Shown here one piece after another: positions 29,591 through 40,319 of a stretch of DNA of 64,000 nucleotides; the stretch's first letter is position 1, and each line of letters starts with the position of its first letter. Made by a program: the position numbers and the translations under genes. The notes below the pieces were generated by a model. That model was not told the origin of the DNA, searched no databases, and saw only the letters and a list, made by a program, of their open reading frames with translations. This DNA comes from Nitrospirota bacterium (GTDB lineage Bacteria; Nitrospirota; Thermodesulfovibrionia; Thermodesulfovibrionales; Dissulfurispiraceae), in assembly GCA_963710375.1 (NCBI GenBank), contig CAVPZX010000002.1, positions 128,001 to 192,000 on the forward strand, written 5' to 3'.

Positions 29591-29785
29591 TAGCCCACAT
29601 TATTCATAAATTTATACGAGGCGCAGGCGGGACATGGTGCTGAGCGGACTTTGACAGCCTAAGGGACACCAAGGATGGTGACACAGGCTGTCATAGCCTC
29701 GGAGCAAGGCTGGACGCCTTGCGAGAATGAGTGAAGCACTATGGCCTGACTGCGTCTCGTATAAATTTATGAATAATGTGTGTTA
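29591..29785. mobile_element. MITE-like palindromic element (~195 bp)
   Basis: 31-bp terminal inverted repeats (30/31 match; 29596-29626 and 29750-29780), TA flanks, nested internal hairpins, no ORF. Confidence 0.7.
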
Positions 29786-29820
29786 GTTGTTGTTAACTGC
29801 GCTGTGTTAAAATAAGGGTT

Positions 29821-30660
29821 ATGAACAGATATTTCTTCTATTCTGTGCTATTCCATACCGCGCTCCTTATACTGGTTTTATTCATAATTCACCCTAAAGT
29901 CGTGAAGAAGCCTGCGCCATTTGTTGCAACTATTGTTACTCCCGAAGAGCTTCAGGCAAAAACTCCCATTCAAGTGCCGCGGGGAAAAGAGTCAACTCGA
30001 GTACAGCAAATGCCGAGGCTGCCGAAAAATTTACCGCCGCCGGAAAAATTTTCGGCACTTCCTTCATCCCATGCACCGGCAGTGAAAGCCCGCTCAGGAG
30101 GCACGGTCCGGACCCCTGAGGCAAGCACCCCACAGAGCAGCGCCGTTGAACCCACACCCGGTCAGGTGCAAGGCCTGGCAGAGGAGGGGAAGAGAGCGCT
30201 CATAAGAAATGGAATCTCTTCTCAAAGGGGTCCGAGTGGCCCTTCTGCCATGACAACGCGGGAAAAACTTTTCGACAGGGATATCATTGCCAAGTTAACG
30301 CCGAAGAGTGAAAAGTCTGAGGACGACAATGGCATTACCTTCGATACTAAGGAATACAAATATTACGGGTATATGCAGCGCCTGCGCGACAGGATAGAAG
30401 CGGTATGGAGGTATCCGGCTGAAGCCGGGGTAAGAAGACTTAACGGTGAACTCTATATTCGATTTACAATTAAAAAAGACGGCAGACTCGGTGCGGTGGA
30501 ACTTGTGCATACTTCGGGATATAAAATCCTGGACGATGCAGCGATCATGGCATTAAAAGATGCCGATCCTTACTGGCCTCTCCCCGATAGCTGGAACCAG
30601 GATTCACTAACCATTACCGGGCATTTCATTTATTACTATCAGAACACATATATACGGTAA
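29821..30660 (+). CDS. TonB-family energy transducer
   Basis: N-terminal SVLFH TM helix, Pro-rich linker, WRYP...GELYIRFTI...SGYKILDDAA. Confidence 0.85.
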   Translation: MNRYFFYSVLFHTALLILVLFIIHPKVVKKPAPFVATIVTPEELQAKTPIQVPRGKESTRVQQMPRLPKNLPPPEKFSALPSSHAPAVKARSGGTVRTPEASTPQSSAVEPTPGQVQGLAEEGKRALIRNGISSQRGPSGPSAMTTREKLFDRDIIAKLTPKSEKSEDDNGITFDTKEYKYYGYMQRLRDRIEAVWRYPAEAGVRRLNGELYIRFTIKKDGRLGAVELVHTSGYKILDDAAIMALKDADPYWPLPDSWNQDSLTITGHFIYYYQNTYIR

Positions 30661-30688
30661 TTCAGAATTACTTTGTTATAATTATTGT

Positions 30689-30919
30689 ATGAAATGCAGA
30701 TTATATTTGAGAGTGGGTGACAGGGTCGTCCACACCAAATACTCCCTCTGGGGACCAGGTGAGGTTGTTGAAGAAAAACACTCGGAATTGCCTGGAGGAT
30801 TTTGCCTTGTGAGGATACTTTTTGAAGATGGACAGGAACGTTCCTTTATTAACGACCTCAACAATGAACTCTGCTGTTATTTCGCCGGCATAAGGTTCAT
30901 TGATAATTACGAATTATGA
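30689..30919 (+). CDS. Small conserved protein (DUF3553-like, SH3-like)
   Basis: GDRVVH...WGPGEV...VRILFEDG pattern. Confidence 0.6.
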   Translation: MKCRLYLRVGDRVVHTKYSLWGPGEVVEEKHSELPGGFCLVRILFEDGQERSFINDLNNELCCYFAGIRFIDNYEL

Positions 30920-30977
30920 ATTATGAATTATGAATTATTTTTTGCAATTCCTAATTCCTAATTCTTAATTTGTAATT
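30904..30977. repeat. Tandem-inverted heptamer repeat between convergent genes
   Basis: aattacgaattatgaattatgaattatgaatt ... aattcctaattcctaattcttaatt. Confidence 0.85.
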
Positions 30978-30981
30978 GCCT

Positions 30982-33114
30982 TCAGTATTCTATTACCCTC
31001 GGTGTAATAAATATAAGCAGTTCGTCTGTAGTCAACGTCTTGCTATTATGTTTGAACAGCTCTCCCAGAAGAGGTATTTTCGAAATCCCGGGAACGGCGT
31101 TCTGATTTTCCTGCTCGGTGCTTGTCAGGATTCCGCCCATAACAACAGTCTCTCCATCCTTTATGAGCACCTGCGTGGATGCCTCATTTGTAGTTATAGT
31201 CGGCTGGTTATTAACCTGCTGGGAGAAATCAGCTGCATCTTTGGTAATATGTATGTTCAGCAGAATGCTCTTATCAGGACCGACATGAGGTGTTACAGTG
31301 AGACTAAGGTCTGCATCAATATACTGGATGCTGATACCTGTGTTGGCGGATGAGGATTGATACGGAATCTTTGCCCCCGTCTTGATCAATGCCTGTTCAT
31401 TATCTACAGTCATGACCTTCGGATTGGAAATAATCCTTCCTCTGCCGCTGGATTCCAAGGCGGATATTCTCAAGTCCAGACCGAGGGTCCTCGCGGCATT
31501 AAGATAGCCCAGGGTAAAAGCTCCGGTTGGCGCGCCCGAAGTGGGGAGACTGACAATTGTGGGGAAATAGGGGGTTGTGGCTGTACCGGTGCCTGTCGGG
31601 ACAGTAGTGACTACTTGGCCACCACTAATTCCAGTAGCTCCCGAAGAGGTAGAACCGACCAAATTAAAGGCCGACTTCGTGGCGGTCGGAGACCAAAAGC
31701 CGCCCCACTCGACGCCGAGCTCATAGTCATAATTCTTTGAAACCTCAACCATCCTGGCCTCGATAAGCACCTGCGGGGTCGGCTTATCGAGCGTCGCGAT
31801 AAGTTTCTGCACTTCGTCGAGACTCGAAGGAACGTCCCGAACAATTAAGGAGCGCGTCCTGGGGTCTGTGCTGATGTTGTCCTTCGCAACTAGCTTTGCA
31901 TTGACAATCGCGTCCTTTATTTTGTTGACATTGGCGTAGTTAACCAGAAAGACCTTTGTTTCGATATTTATCAGTTCCTTAGCAGCTGCGGCCTTCTGCT
32001 CCTCCTGCAATGTATTTTTCGTCACAACCCTGATAACATTGCCCTCAACAATCTTTTCGAGACCGAAGGTCTTCAGGATTATATCCAGTGCCTGGTCCCA
32101 GGGCACATTCAAAAGCTTCATGGTGATCTTCTTGCCCTTGACATCATCGGGATTGATAACAATATTGCAACCGGTCATATCATAATTCAAAATCCCAATA
32201 ATCGCCGCAAGATCGGCATCCTGCACATCAAAAGAAACAGGCTGCTTCTTCACTTCGCCCATGCAGGTTGTCTTCATTGCGGTTTCAGCCTTAACGCTTG
32301 GCATGCCCTTAGAGATTATATCTACAACCAGTTCATCGTCGAGCGCTGCCACAGATGCTTTTGCACCCGAATCGAAATCAATAATAACACGCAGCTTGTC
32401 TTTTTCGTCTTTATAGCTAATATCTTTAACCGGTGCTGCAATGTTATGAGGCAGCGGTGCACTGGATGAGACATCGGGAATATCTATTATGACCCTGTCT
32501 TGCAGTTTTAACACCTCAGGGTCCGGCATGGCGCCGTCACCCTTTAAGACCAGTTCAGCGCCGGCGGCGGTTTTATTGAACTGCATTTCAACAATGTCAT
32601 CAGCAGCGTCAGAGTATGTTTCAGAAGTGTCGGTCACGTCATCAGGGGCAATTGTCGCCATGCCGGCATCTTTTATCTTACTTTTTTCAGCATCTCCCGA
32701 AGCCGGCTTTCCATCGCCTTTTATTGCGAGGACAAGAACAGTGTCCTTATTTTCAGGGGTTATAGTTGCAGGCGACTGCAATAATATATTCAAGCGCGCG
32801 ACAGTGGCCGGTTTTAGAATTTGAACAGGCTCGATTTCGGTCACTCCGCCGCGGTCCGGAAACATCTTGTCCGTGAATTTGCCGAGGCGGGCCCCTTCTA
32901 TATCAACAGTGACCCTGAAAGGATCTTCCGGCCGGTAAAGCTTATAAGTGATCGGTGCATCGGCTTTAATCTGTATCGTATTATCAAGCACCTCTATGCC
33001 TGTAATTTCCGTCTCTTTTATTGCAGCATATGATGTCACCGATGATAAGGGCACGATTGAGAGCGATAAAATAAAACCAATAGCAGCTATAAGATTTCTG
33101 TTCTTTATCTTCAT
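30982..33114 (-). CDS. pilQ: Type IV pilus secretin PilQ
   Basis: AMIN domains, NVPWDQALD, QVLIEARMVE, VPGISKIPLLGELF, ELLIFITPR. Confidence 0.93.
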   Translation of the reverse strand: MKIKNRNLIAAIGFILSLSIVPLSSVTSYAAIKETEITGIEVLDNTIQIKADAPITYKLYRPEDPFRVTVDIEGARLGKFTDKMFPDRGGVTEIEPVQILKPATVARLNILLQSPATITPENKDTVLVLAIKGDGKPASGDAEKSKIKDAGMATIAPDDVTDTSETYSDAADDIVEMQFNKTAAGAELVLKGDGAMPDPEVLKLQDRVIIDIPDVSSSAPLPHNIAAPVKDISYKDEKDKLRVIIDFDSGAKASVAALDDELVVDIISKGMPSVKAETAMKTTCMGEVKKQPVSFDVQDADLAAIIGILNYDMTGCNIVINPDDVKGKKITMKLLNVPWDQALDIILKTFGLEKIVEGNVIRVVTKNTLQEEQKAAAAKELINIETKVFLVNYANVNKIKDAIVNAKLVAKDNISTDPRTRSLIVRDVPSSLDEVQKLIATLDKPTPQVLIEARMVEVSKNYDYELGVEWGGFWSPTATKSAFNLVGSTSSGATGISGGQVVTTVPTGTGTATTPYFPTIVSLPTSGAPTGAFTLGYLNAARTLGLDLRISALESSGRGRIISNPKVMTVDNEQALIKTGAKIPYQSSSANTGISIQYIDADLSLTVTPHVGPDKSILLNIHITKDAADFSQQVNNQPTITTNEASTQVLIKDGETVVMGGILTSTEQENQNAVPGISKIPLLGELFKHNSKTLTTDELLIFITPRVIEY

Positions 33115-33560
33115 CCCTCTTCCTCCCGATGGAGTTTCAAAACAGTATAATTGGGTTTAACCCTACCCCTGTAATCCTTTAAAAACTCTTTAATAATAAC
33201 AGAATCTTTCATGATTTTTTCCACTTTCCCGCCATGTAATCCGATAACTGTCCCTTCCCTGAGCACAAAAGTCTTACCGTCCGGCGTGGAAACCAATGCA
33301 TAATATCCCGATTTGTTCCATAAAACTGCAGTCACCTTGAATTCGTTAACGCCATAATTCTCTAGCGGGACGCCCCCCTTCTTTCTATCGGGCTCCACCT
33401 TCACAATCAATGGGGTAAACGGATCCCTCCTGCCTTTCGCATTATATTCGTAAGCATTCGGTGAAACTGTCTTTTCATCAACCTTCTGCTCTGCTCCCGC
33501 AGTTGAAGCAATGATCACTATGCCCAGGATGGATAGTATAAATGGAAGCCGTTCTTTCAT
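33111..33560 (-). CDS. pilP: Type IV pilus assembly protein PilP
   Basis: GRRDPFTP, PLENY; operon position. Confidence 0.85.
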   Translation of the reverse strand: MKERLPFILSILGIVIIASTAGAEQKVDEKTVSPNAYEYNAKGRRDPFTPLIVKVEPDRKKGGVPLENYGVNEFKVTAVLWNKSGYYALVSTPDGKTFVLREGTVIGLHGGKVEKIMKDSVIIKEFLKDYRGRVKPNYTVLKLHREEEG

Positions 33561-34207
33561 TTCTTTTGGCCCTTCTTCCGCAACTCTTCCCTTTCTTTTT
33601 CCGGGATGAGAGAATAAGTTGTCAACGTAAAGCTGACATTGAGCCCGGTCATGCCGCGGGGGAATCTTTTGGAGTCTCCGGTCCTCATTGTGATATTCGA
33701 TATATTAACGATCCTTTTAACAGCCGTTATGTTGGCGAAAAACTGACCGAACTCATGGTACGCGCCTCGCATTTCCACGTTAACCGGAATCTCATAGACG
33801 TCATTGCTCGGATGAACGCTCTTAACCCCAGGCCTCCATGAGACAACCTGCAATCCTGATTTCACGCCGAGATCCGATACCTGCTTCAGCAGACCTGAAA
33901 CCTCCCGCTCTTCGGGCAGCTGCATTTGCAGTACCGTGAGTTTGTCGCTAAGCAGCTTATTCTCGGCCTGCAGCTCCGCAAGCTTTGACGAGTTCTTCTG
34001 GAGGACGCCGATTTGCTCCGTCTGCTTGAGGACCTCTTCATTCAGTGTTCCTCTCTCCTCGAGGGCAGGCATGATAAGAAAATAAAACATGAGCGCAACA
34101 ATCAATATAGGAGGAATGACCAGCAGCATATTTTTTTTAACCGGCGGCAATGCTTCGATCTTCGAACTGATACTGCCCAAAGTTCCTTTTATGTCCATAG
34201 GCGGCAC
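33557..34207 (-). CDS. pilO: Type IV pilus assembly protein PilO
   Basis: QLPEEREVSGLL, YEIPV...GAYHEFGQFF, RIVNI. Confidence 0.88.
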   Translation of the reverse strand: MPPMDIKGTLGSISSKIEALPPVKKNMLLVIPPILIVALMFYFLIMPALEERGTLNEEVLKQTEQIGVLQKNSSKLAELQAENKLLSDKLTVLQMQLPEEREVSGLLKQVSDLGVKSGLQVVSWRPGVKSVHPSNDVYEIPVNVEMRGAYHEFGQFFANITAVKRIVNISNITMRTGDSKRFPRGMTGLNVSFTLTTYSLIPEKEREELRKKGQKK

Positions 34208-34749
34208 TATACCTTCACCCTGAAATGGGCCTTGAACTGGTAAACCTTCACTTTATCTATCTCACCTTCCCTGGATTCTTCCAGATAAACATCGGCGAGG
34301 TCTGCCGACCTCTTCAAATTATCCATAAAAGAGACAATATCGATATTGGAAAATGCAGTCCCTTCAAGACTGACAGTGCCATCTTTAAAAAACAGAGCGT
34401 TAAGCCAGACCCCATCGGGAATAAGCAGACTCGCTTCATCAAGTACCCGGACAGGGACTGCTTGATTTTTCCGTAGCGCTTCTATCAGTGTGCTCCGCTG
34501 CTCAAATTCCTTATTCAGTTTGGCAATTTTGTTTATCTCATTAATCTTTTTTGTAAGCGTCCCTATAACTAACTGGTTCGCCAAGCTTTGGTCCCTCAAT
34601 TGCGCTACTTTGCTTTTTAACCATACTGTCGCAGAACCCGAAACTACCAATGCAGCGAGATTGACCGCTATAAGTACTGCGGCCACGTCTTGCAGACCTA
34701 TGATTCTTCTTTTTTTTCGCTTTTCGCTTAAAAGATTTATTTTTATCAC
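34207..34749 (-). CDS. pilN: Type IV pilus assembly protein PilN
   Basis: MIKINLL N-terminal motif, TM helix, PDGVWL. Confidence 0.88.
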   Translation of the reverse strand: MIKINLLSEKRKKRRIIGLQDVAAVLIAVNLAALVVSGSATVWLKSKVAQLRDQSLANQLVIGTLTKKINEINKIAKLNKEFEQRSTLIEALRKNQAVPVRVLDEASLLIPDGVWLNALFFKDGTVSLEGTAFSNIDIVSFMDNLKRSADLADVYLEESREGEIDKVKVYQFKAHFRVKV

Positions 34750-35807
34750 GGCTTGTCCCAGGCTCGCCGCAGCGCAAGTCCCACCGCTACAGCAGCCATC
34801 GGCCCAATCTTCCTGATACCAGCAGGACCGAGCTTTTCAGGTATCTTTATGTTCTTAAAAGGATCGGCCAATTCCACCTGCACGCCGAGTTTTTCTGCCA
34901 TCATTTCAGGGAACTTCTTTATAAGGGCAGCCCCGCCGCTCAGAATGACTGCATCAATCTCTTCGTCGGTTACGTTGCCCTTGAAATACTCAAAAGACCG
35001 GCGTATCTCCGCATAAATTTCATCTGAAGCCACTGCGAGGGCAGCCTCCGCACTTCCAGGTGATACTCCGGCAATAGACCGCCCCAGCTTCAACCTCTCA
35101 GCATCCTCCCGTGAAATATCCAGGTCCCTCTGCAGCATCTCAGTATGATAGTTGCTGCCCATTGCGCTGTCTCTTGCAAACACCAGGCGACCATAGTGCA
35201 GCACGTTTATATTTGTCTTGCTTGCCCCGACATTGACGAGGGCAACATTCTTATTCCCTGCGCTGCCGTAGTTCAATTCATACATGTTGTGCAGCGCAAA
35301 AGCGTCCACATCCATGATAAGGGGATCGAGGCCGGCCATAGCAGCAGCAGCCGCATAATCGGCAATCACATTCTTCTTGGCCGCAACAAGAAGTACGTCC
35401 ATCTGGCCGGGTTCATCCGGTTTAGCGCCCAGGATATCAAAATCAATATTCACATCATTAACATCGAATGGTATAAACTGCTCCGCCTCGCTTTTAATAG
35501 AAACTCCCAGTTCTTCCGCAGTCATCACAGGCATGCCTATCCTCTTAATGATGACCGACGAATGTCCCGATACTCCGATAACTGCATCTCCACCTTTAAC
35601 GCCGGCGAGTTTCAAAACCTCCCGTATGGAAGCTGCCAGCCTTTTCTTGTCGGTAACAATTCCATCGACAATAATATCCTGGTCCAGCCGCAGCATGCTG
35701 ACAAAAGAGAGTTCATACCCTTCTTTTGTATCATTTAGCTGGACAGATTTGATATAGCTTGAACCTATATCAAGTCCTACAGGGTTTCTCTTTTTCAAAA
35801 ACATCAA
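34746..35807 (-). CDS. pilM: Type IV pilus assembly protein PilM
   Basis: GLDIGSSYIK, EAEQFIPF, LSGGAA, AVGLALR. Confidence 0.92.
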   Translation of the reverse strand: MMFLKKRNPVGLDIGSSYIKSVQLNDTKEGYELSFVSMLRLDQDIIVDGIVTDKKRLAASIREVLKLAGVKGGDAVIGVSGHSSVIIKRIGMPVMTAEELGVSIKSEAEQFIPFDVNDVNIDFDILGAKPDEPGQMDVLLVAAKKNVIADYAAAAAMAGLDPLIMDVDAFALHNMYELNYGSAGNKNVALVNVGASKTNINVLHYGRLVFARDSAMGSNYHTEMLQRDLDISREDAERLKLGRSIAGVSPGSAEAALAVASDEIYAEIRRSFEYFKGNVTDEEIDAVILSGGAALIKKFPEMMAEKLGVQVELADPFKNIKIPEKLGPAGIRKIGPMAAVAVGLALRRAWDKP

Positions 35808-35888
35808 TCACCTTGTCAATTTTATTTCGTCATATTATACTAAATCTAGTTGAATTCTCAAATGTTTATACTTTGCCTCAACATTTAA

Positions 35889-35904
35889 AGCAAGTGCCGT
35901 GCCT
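35889..35904 (-). promoter_or_regulatory. sigma54 -24/-12 promoter for pilMNOPQ
   Basis: AGGCAC-GGCAC-TTGCT on the minus strand, about 80 nt upstream of pilM. Confidence 0.7.
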
Positions 35905-36151
35905 GACATGGGCCTGACATCGGATTGTTCAGCAAAACCCCAAAAAAACCTTTTTGCACAATGATAAGTCATCTTTTCCGGGCCATCCTCCTGATAGATG
36001 AAACATTCCTTGCGTCATAAATTTGACTCTTCCCTTGCATATGTAATTTTTCCATAGATATTGGAATTAATGCACATCCATGCTGGACAGCCTGCTGCAT
36101 CAACTTTCCAAAATATCATGATAAATCAAAAAGATAGTACATTGGCTAGCC

Positions 36152-36167
36152 TGGCATAGTCCTTGCT
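36152..36167 (+). promoter_or_regulatory. sigma54 -24/-12 promoter for the PilZ-domain gene
   Basis: TGGCAT-AGTCC-TTGCT, about 70 nt upstream of the ATG. Confidence 0.7.
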
Positions 36168-36235
36168 TCGCCGTTAAATAAGGGTATGACACTCTTAAAG
36201 GGCGATCATAATTATTTTTTGCAGGAGCACTAAGA

Positions 36236-36865
36236 ATGACAGATGATAATTTTCATGTAGGGTTAAAATTATCGCTCGAGGTCAACAAAAGTTACGACCG
36301 GATCGACATGTTTGTGGCTGGATGGGTCAGGGGAGCATTTGTTCTTGCAACGAGTCCTCACTTAAGAAAAGTGGAACTATGTTCTAAGGATGATTGTGTT
36401 ATCAGATTCCTAAAAGAAGGAAGTGCGTTTGGCTTCCAGACTGCTATGTTAATCAAGCAACAATATCCCCTCCCCATGATTTTTCTGAAGTACCCCGAAG
36501 ATGTGAGGAGCATGCCATTTAGAAAAACGAAGAGAGTCAAAACGAATATTCAAGCGAAATTATTGAAACAGAAAGGTGAAAAGGAATTTATTACTGATGA
36601 TGCAAGAATTGTTGATATAAGCGAAACAGGCTGTTTGCTGGAAATATCTGAATCAAAATTTAATCAAACCGAGGTGAACAGCAATTATTTCCTGACCTTT
36701 ATGATATTGGATAAAAGCCTCGAAATTGATTGTGTGGTTAGAGGCAACAGAATATCTAAGGGTAATTATCTGTTGGGGTCAGAGTTCTCCGATCTCAGCG
36801 ACGACACGCGGGAACTATTAAAATCTTTTGTAAGCATGTTCACCGATAAAGAGGACCAAGCCTAA
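36236..36865 (+). CDS. YcgR-like PilZ-domain c-di-GMP receptor
   Basis: RKTKR (RxxxR) and DISETG (DxSxxG) motifs. Confidence 0.8.
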   Translation: MTDDNFHVGLKLSLEVNKSYDRIDMFVAGWVRGAFVLATSPHLRKVELCSKDDCVIRFLKEGSAFGFQTAMLIKQQYPLPMIFLKYPEDVRSMPFRKTKRVKTNIQAKLLKQKGEKEFITDDARIVDISETGCLLEISESKFNQTEVNSNYFLTFMILDKSLEIDCVVRGNRISKGNYLLGSEFSDLSDDTRELLKSFVSMFTDKEDQA

Positions 36866-36910
36866 CCTAGAGCATCCGTAAATCCTGCCACGCCCACACG
36901 TGTACTTCAA

Positions 36911-36939
36911 TTGACATTAAACAGGATAAGAGTTATCCT
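36911..36939 (+). promoter_or_regulatory. sigma70 promoter with an overlapping palindromic operator
   Basis: TTGACA-17-TATCCT; AGGATAA-N3-TTATCCT palindrome. Confidence 0.55.
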
Positions 36940-36950
36940 ATATTTAAGGA

Positions 36951-38492
36951 GTGCATATGAAAGATAAATATCAACGTTCGAGAGAAAAGCTTTCCTCGAA
37001 TCCTAATTGGAAGTGGTTCATTTTATGCACTGTTTTGCTGGGCGCCACAATGTCTGCCCTTGATGTAAGTATTGTAAACGTGGCAATGCCGACCCTGAAA
37101 AACTCTTTTAAGGTCTCGATGGCGGTAATCGAATGGGTAGCGATCGCATACACGCTTGCACTGACGGTCTTCCTGCCGCTGTTTGGAAAACTGGCCGATA
37201 TGTATGGGAGGTCGAGGTTATACAATACCGGTTTTCTGGTGTTTTCAGCGGGTTCGTTGCTATGTGGACTGTCGACGTCGGCCGGCTATATGATCGTATC
37301 GAGAATCATCCAGGCTATCGGGGCTGGACTTCTGCAGGCCAACTCAGTTGCGCTCATTACGCAGGCTTTTCAGCCCTGCGAGCGGGGCAGGGCCATAGGT
37401 ATTCAGGGAGCGGTTCAGGCGGTCTCGATGTCGGTGGGTCCTTTTGTGGGCGGCCTTCTGATAGCCACCGTTGGCTGGAGAGCCATCTTCCTCATAAATA
37501 TCCCGATAGGTATACTCGGTACCGCAGCCGCGCTTTTCATTCTTCCTCCGGACCAGCTAATGAAAGAGAAGCAGAAGATAGATTACGTGGGAGCCGGGCT
37601 TTTCGCCTCAGGACTGGCGTTGCTGATGCTTGCTTTTAATGAGGTCGTCAGACTTGGCTGGGCATCACACATAATTATTTTTTATTCCCTGTCCGGCATC
37701 GCACTTTTGTCTCTTTTCGTAATAACGGAGCTTAAGGTGGAGAACCCGCTGATCAACCTTAAGCTATTCAGTCATCCCACCTTTCTCCTCGGGAACCTGA
37801 CAGGCATGATGTCATACGCTGTCCTGTTCGCAGTTTTGTTTCTGATGCCTTTTTATTTCGAAAAGGTATTGGGCTTCAGCACCGCGCTCACTGGCTCTCT
37901 CCTGACCCCTATACCGCTCGCCATGACGGTAGTCGCGCCATTATCCGGTTATATCTCGGACAAGCGGGGACCGAGAATAGTGACAACGCTGGGGATGCTT
38001 ATGTCCGCGTTGGCCTGCTTCTCTCTAGTATTCGTGGGACAATCGGTCCGCATCCCGCTGCTTGTAGTAGAATTGATTTTCCTCGGAGTTGGAATGGGAC
38101 TGTTCACCCCTCCGAACAACAGCGCTGTAATGGGCTCGGCTCCGAAAGATAAATTGGGCGTGGCCGGCGGCATTCTCAACATGATGCGGTCCCTGGGGCT
38201 CATATTCGGCGTAAACATTTCCGGCCTCATATTTACCTCCATGGAACACCGTTACCTGGCTGATAAAGGATACCCCGGCGTGGAGCGCGTTTTCAGTGAC
38301 AGCAGAATCCCTTTGCTCATCAGAGACAATGCCTTCATGCACGGTTTTATTGTAGTTATGGGAGCTCTCATTGTCCTGAATCTCGTCTCGGCCTTCTTTG
38401 CAGCCACTAATAAGAACTGGGTCGTGTTAGTTCAGAAACAGGCGACTCTGGAAAAGAAAAGGTGTGAATGGGCGGCGCAGAAGGGACGCTGA
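36951..38492 (+). CDS. MFS drug efflux transporter, DHA2 (EmrB/QacA) family
   Basis: ALDVSIVNVAMP, GKLADMYGR, WRAIFLINIPIG, about 14 TM helices. Confidence 0.9.
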   Translation: MHMKDKYQRSREKLSSNPNWKWFILCTVLLGATMSALDVSIVNVAMPTLKNSFKVSMAVIEWVAIAYTLALTVFLPLFGKLADMYGRSRLYNTGFLVFSAGSLLCGLSTSAGYMIVSRIIQAIGAGLLQANSVALITQAFQPCERGRAIGIQGAVQAVSMSVGPFVGGLLIATVGWRAIFLINIPIGILGTAAALFILPPDQLMKEKQKIDYVGAGLFASGLALLMLAFNEVVRLGWASHIIIFYSLSGIALLSLFVITELKVENPLINLKLFSHPTFLLGNLTGMMSYAVLFAVLFLMPFYFEKVLGFSTALTGSLLTPIPLAMTVVAPLSGYISDKRGPRIVTTLGMLMSALACFSLVFVGQSVRIPLLVVELIFLGVGMGLFTPPNNSAVMGSAPKDKLGVAGGILNMMRSLGLIFGVNISGLIFTSMEHRYLADKGYPGVERVFSDSRIPLLIRDNAFMHGFIVVMGALIVLNLVSAFFAATNKNWVVLVQKQATLEKKRCEWAAQKGR

Positions 38493-38531
38493 GTTTATAT
38501 ACCGGGTAAAAAGACAGGGATTCTGGGTCTT

Positions 38532-40319
38532 TTATACCTGACTGTCGAGTTTGATGAACAACTCCTTCAGCTGCTTTGGTTCGACTGTTGAGGGAGCGCC
38601 GCTCAGAAGACATATCGCTTTCTGGGTTTTCGGAAATGCTATAACATCGCGTATCGATTGTGCGCCGACCATAAGCATTAACAGCCTGTCCAGCCCCAGC
38701 GCGATGCCGCCGTGAGGAGGCGCCCCATAGTCAAGGGCATCGAGCAGAAAGCCGAACTTTATTCGCGCCTCTTCGCCGGAGATGCCCAGAAGTTCAAATA
38801 TTTTGTTCTGCACGTCGCGTCTGTGAATACGGATGCTGCCGCCACCGATTTCGCAGCCGTTCAGCACAATGTCATATGCCTTTGCCCTGAACGATGCTGT
38901 CAGCTCCCGGTCATTGCCGCCTGATGCAACGAGCCTGTCTATATCATCGTCCACAGGCGATGTGAAGGGATGGTGAATGGCGACAAAACGCTTTTCGTCT
39001 TCGTCCCACTCCAACAGGGGAAAATCAAGTATCCATACAAAGTTGAATTCATCTTTTATCAGTTCCAGCCGCTTGCCAAGTTCAAGCCGCATACGGCTTA
39101 GCACATCGTGGACGATTTTCTCCTTGTCAGCCACGAAAAGCATCAAATCACCTTCGCCTGCATCGAGTCTCTCCGCCATTTGCTGCAGCACATCTTGGGG
39201 GAAGAATTTTGCAATCGGTGAATCAAAACCGCCTTTTACCTTGATCCACGCAAGGCCTTTTGCTCCGAAAGACTGGGCCTCTTCCGTGAGCATGTCGATT
39301 TCTTTCCTCGAAAGGCCCGCCATCCCCTTGCCGTTAATTGCCTTGACCCGTCCGCCGGATGACAGGGCATCGAGAAAAACCTTGAAGGACCCTCTTGAGG
39401 CAAGGTCCGCCATGTCTTTGAGTTCCATCCCGAACCGCATATCGGGTTTGTCGTTTCCGAACCGTTCCATCGATTCTGTGAAACCGAGCCGCTGAAAAGG
39501 GATTTGTATATCTTTGTGCAGTACTTCCTGGAAAAGCCTTTTCATGAGCATCTCGATAAGTGGTATGATATCCTCCCTGTCAATAAAGGACATCTCCAAA
39601 TCAACCTGCGTAAATTCGGGCTGCCGGTCAGCCCTTAAATCCTCATCCCTGAAGCACTTGACGATCTGGAAGTATCTTTCGAGTCCCGACACCATTAGTA
39701 TCTGTTTAAAAAGCTGCGGCGATTGTGGTAATGCAAAGAACTGGCCCTGGTTGAGCCTGCTCGGAACAAGATAATCCCGAGCACCTTCAGGCGTGGACTT
39801 TGTGAGCATAGGTGTTTCTATTTCAAGGAAGCCCTGCTCATCCAGGTAGTCCCTGATGAGCTTTGTCACCTTGTGGCGCACAATAAGATTCTGCTGCAGC
39901 TCAGGTCTCCTCAGATCGAGATACCTGTATTTGAGCCGTAGAGCCTCCGAAGCTTCACCGGCTTCCTCCATGGGGAACGGCAGTGCTTCAGACTCATTTA
40001 ACACTATGAGAGTATCGACATACAGTTCGATCATGCCTGTCCTGAGGTTGGGATTCTCGCTGCCTTCCGGCCTTTTCCGCACTGCCCCTGCCACCGATAT
40101 TACAAATTCCGCCCTAAGGTCATGTGCAAGCGTGTGCGCCTCCTCCGAAACATCGGAACTGAAAACGACTTGCACGAGCCCGCTCCTGTCGCGCAGATCG
40201 ACAAATATCAGTCCGCCGTGGTCCCTCCTCCTAAAGACCCAGCCGGCAAGAGTGCAACGGGAACCGATATCAGCAGAATCAAGCTCACCACACCATTTAT
40301 CACGAAACATAGTTGACAT
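38532..40319 (-). CDS. aspS: Aspartate--tRNA ligase
   Basis: [54 protein letters not shown]. Confidence 0.97.
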   Translation of the reverse strand: MSTMFRDKWCGELDSADIGSRCTLAGWVFRRRDHGGLIFVDLRDRSGLVQVVFSSDVSEEAHTLAHDLRAEFVISVAGAVRKRPEGSENPNLRTGMIELYVDTLIVLNESEALPFPMEEAGEASEALRLKYRYLDLRRPELQQNLIVRHKVTKLIRDYLDEQGFLEIETPMLTKSTPEGARDYLVPSRLNQGQFFALPQSPQLFKQILMVSGLERYFQIVKCFRDEDLRADRQPEFTQVDLEMSFIDREDIIPLIEMLMKRLFQEVLHKDIQIPFQRLGFTESMERFGNDKPDMRFGMELKDMADLASRGSFKVFLDALSSGGRVKAINGKGMAGLSRKEIDMLTEEAQSFGAKGLAWIKVKGGFDSPIAKFFPQDVLQQMAERLDAGEGDLMLFVADKEKIVHDVLSRMRLELGKRLELIKDEFNFVWILDFPLLEWDEDEKRFVAIHHPFTSPVDDDIDRLVASGGNDRELTASFRAKAYDIVLNGCEIGGGSIRIHRRDVQNKIFELLGISGEEARIKFGFLLDALDYGAPPHGGIALGLDRLLMLMVGAQSIRDVIAFPKTQKAICLLSGAPSTVEPKQLKELFIKLDSQV

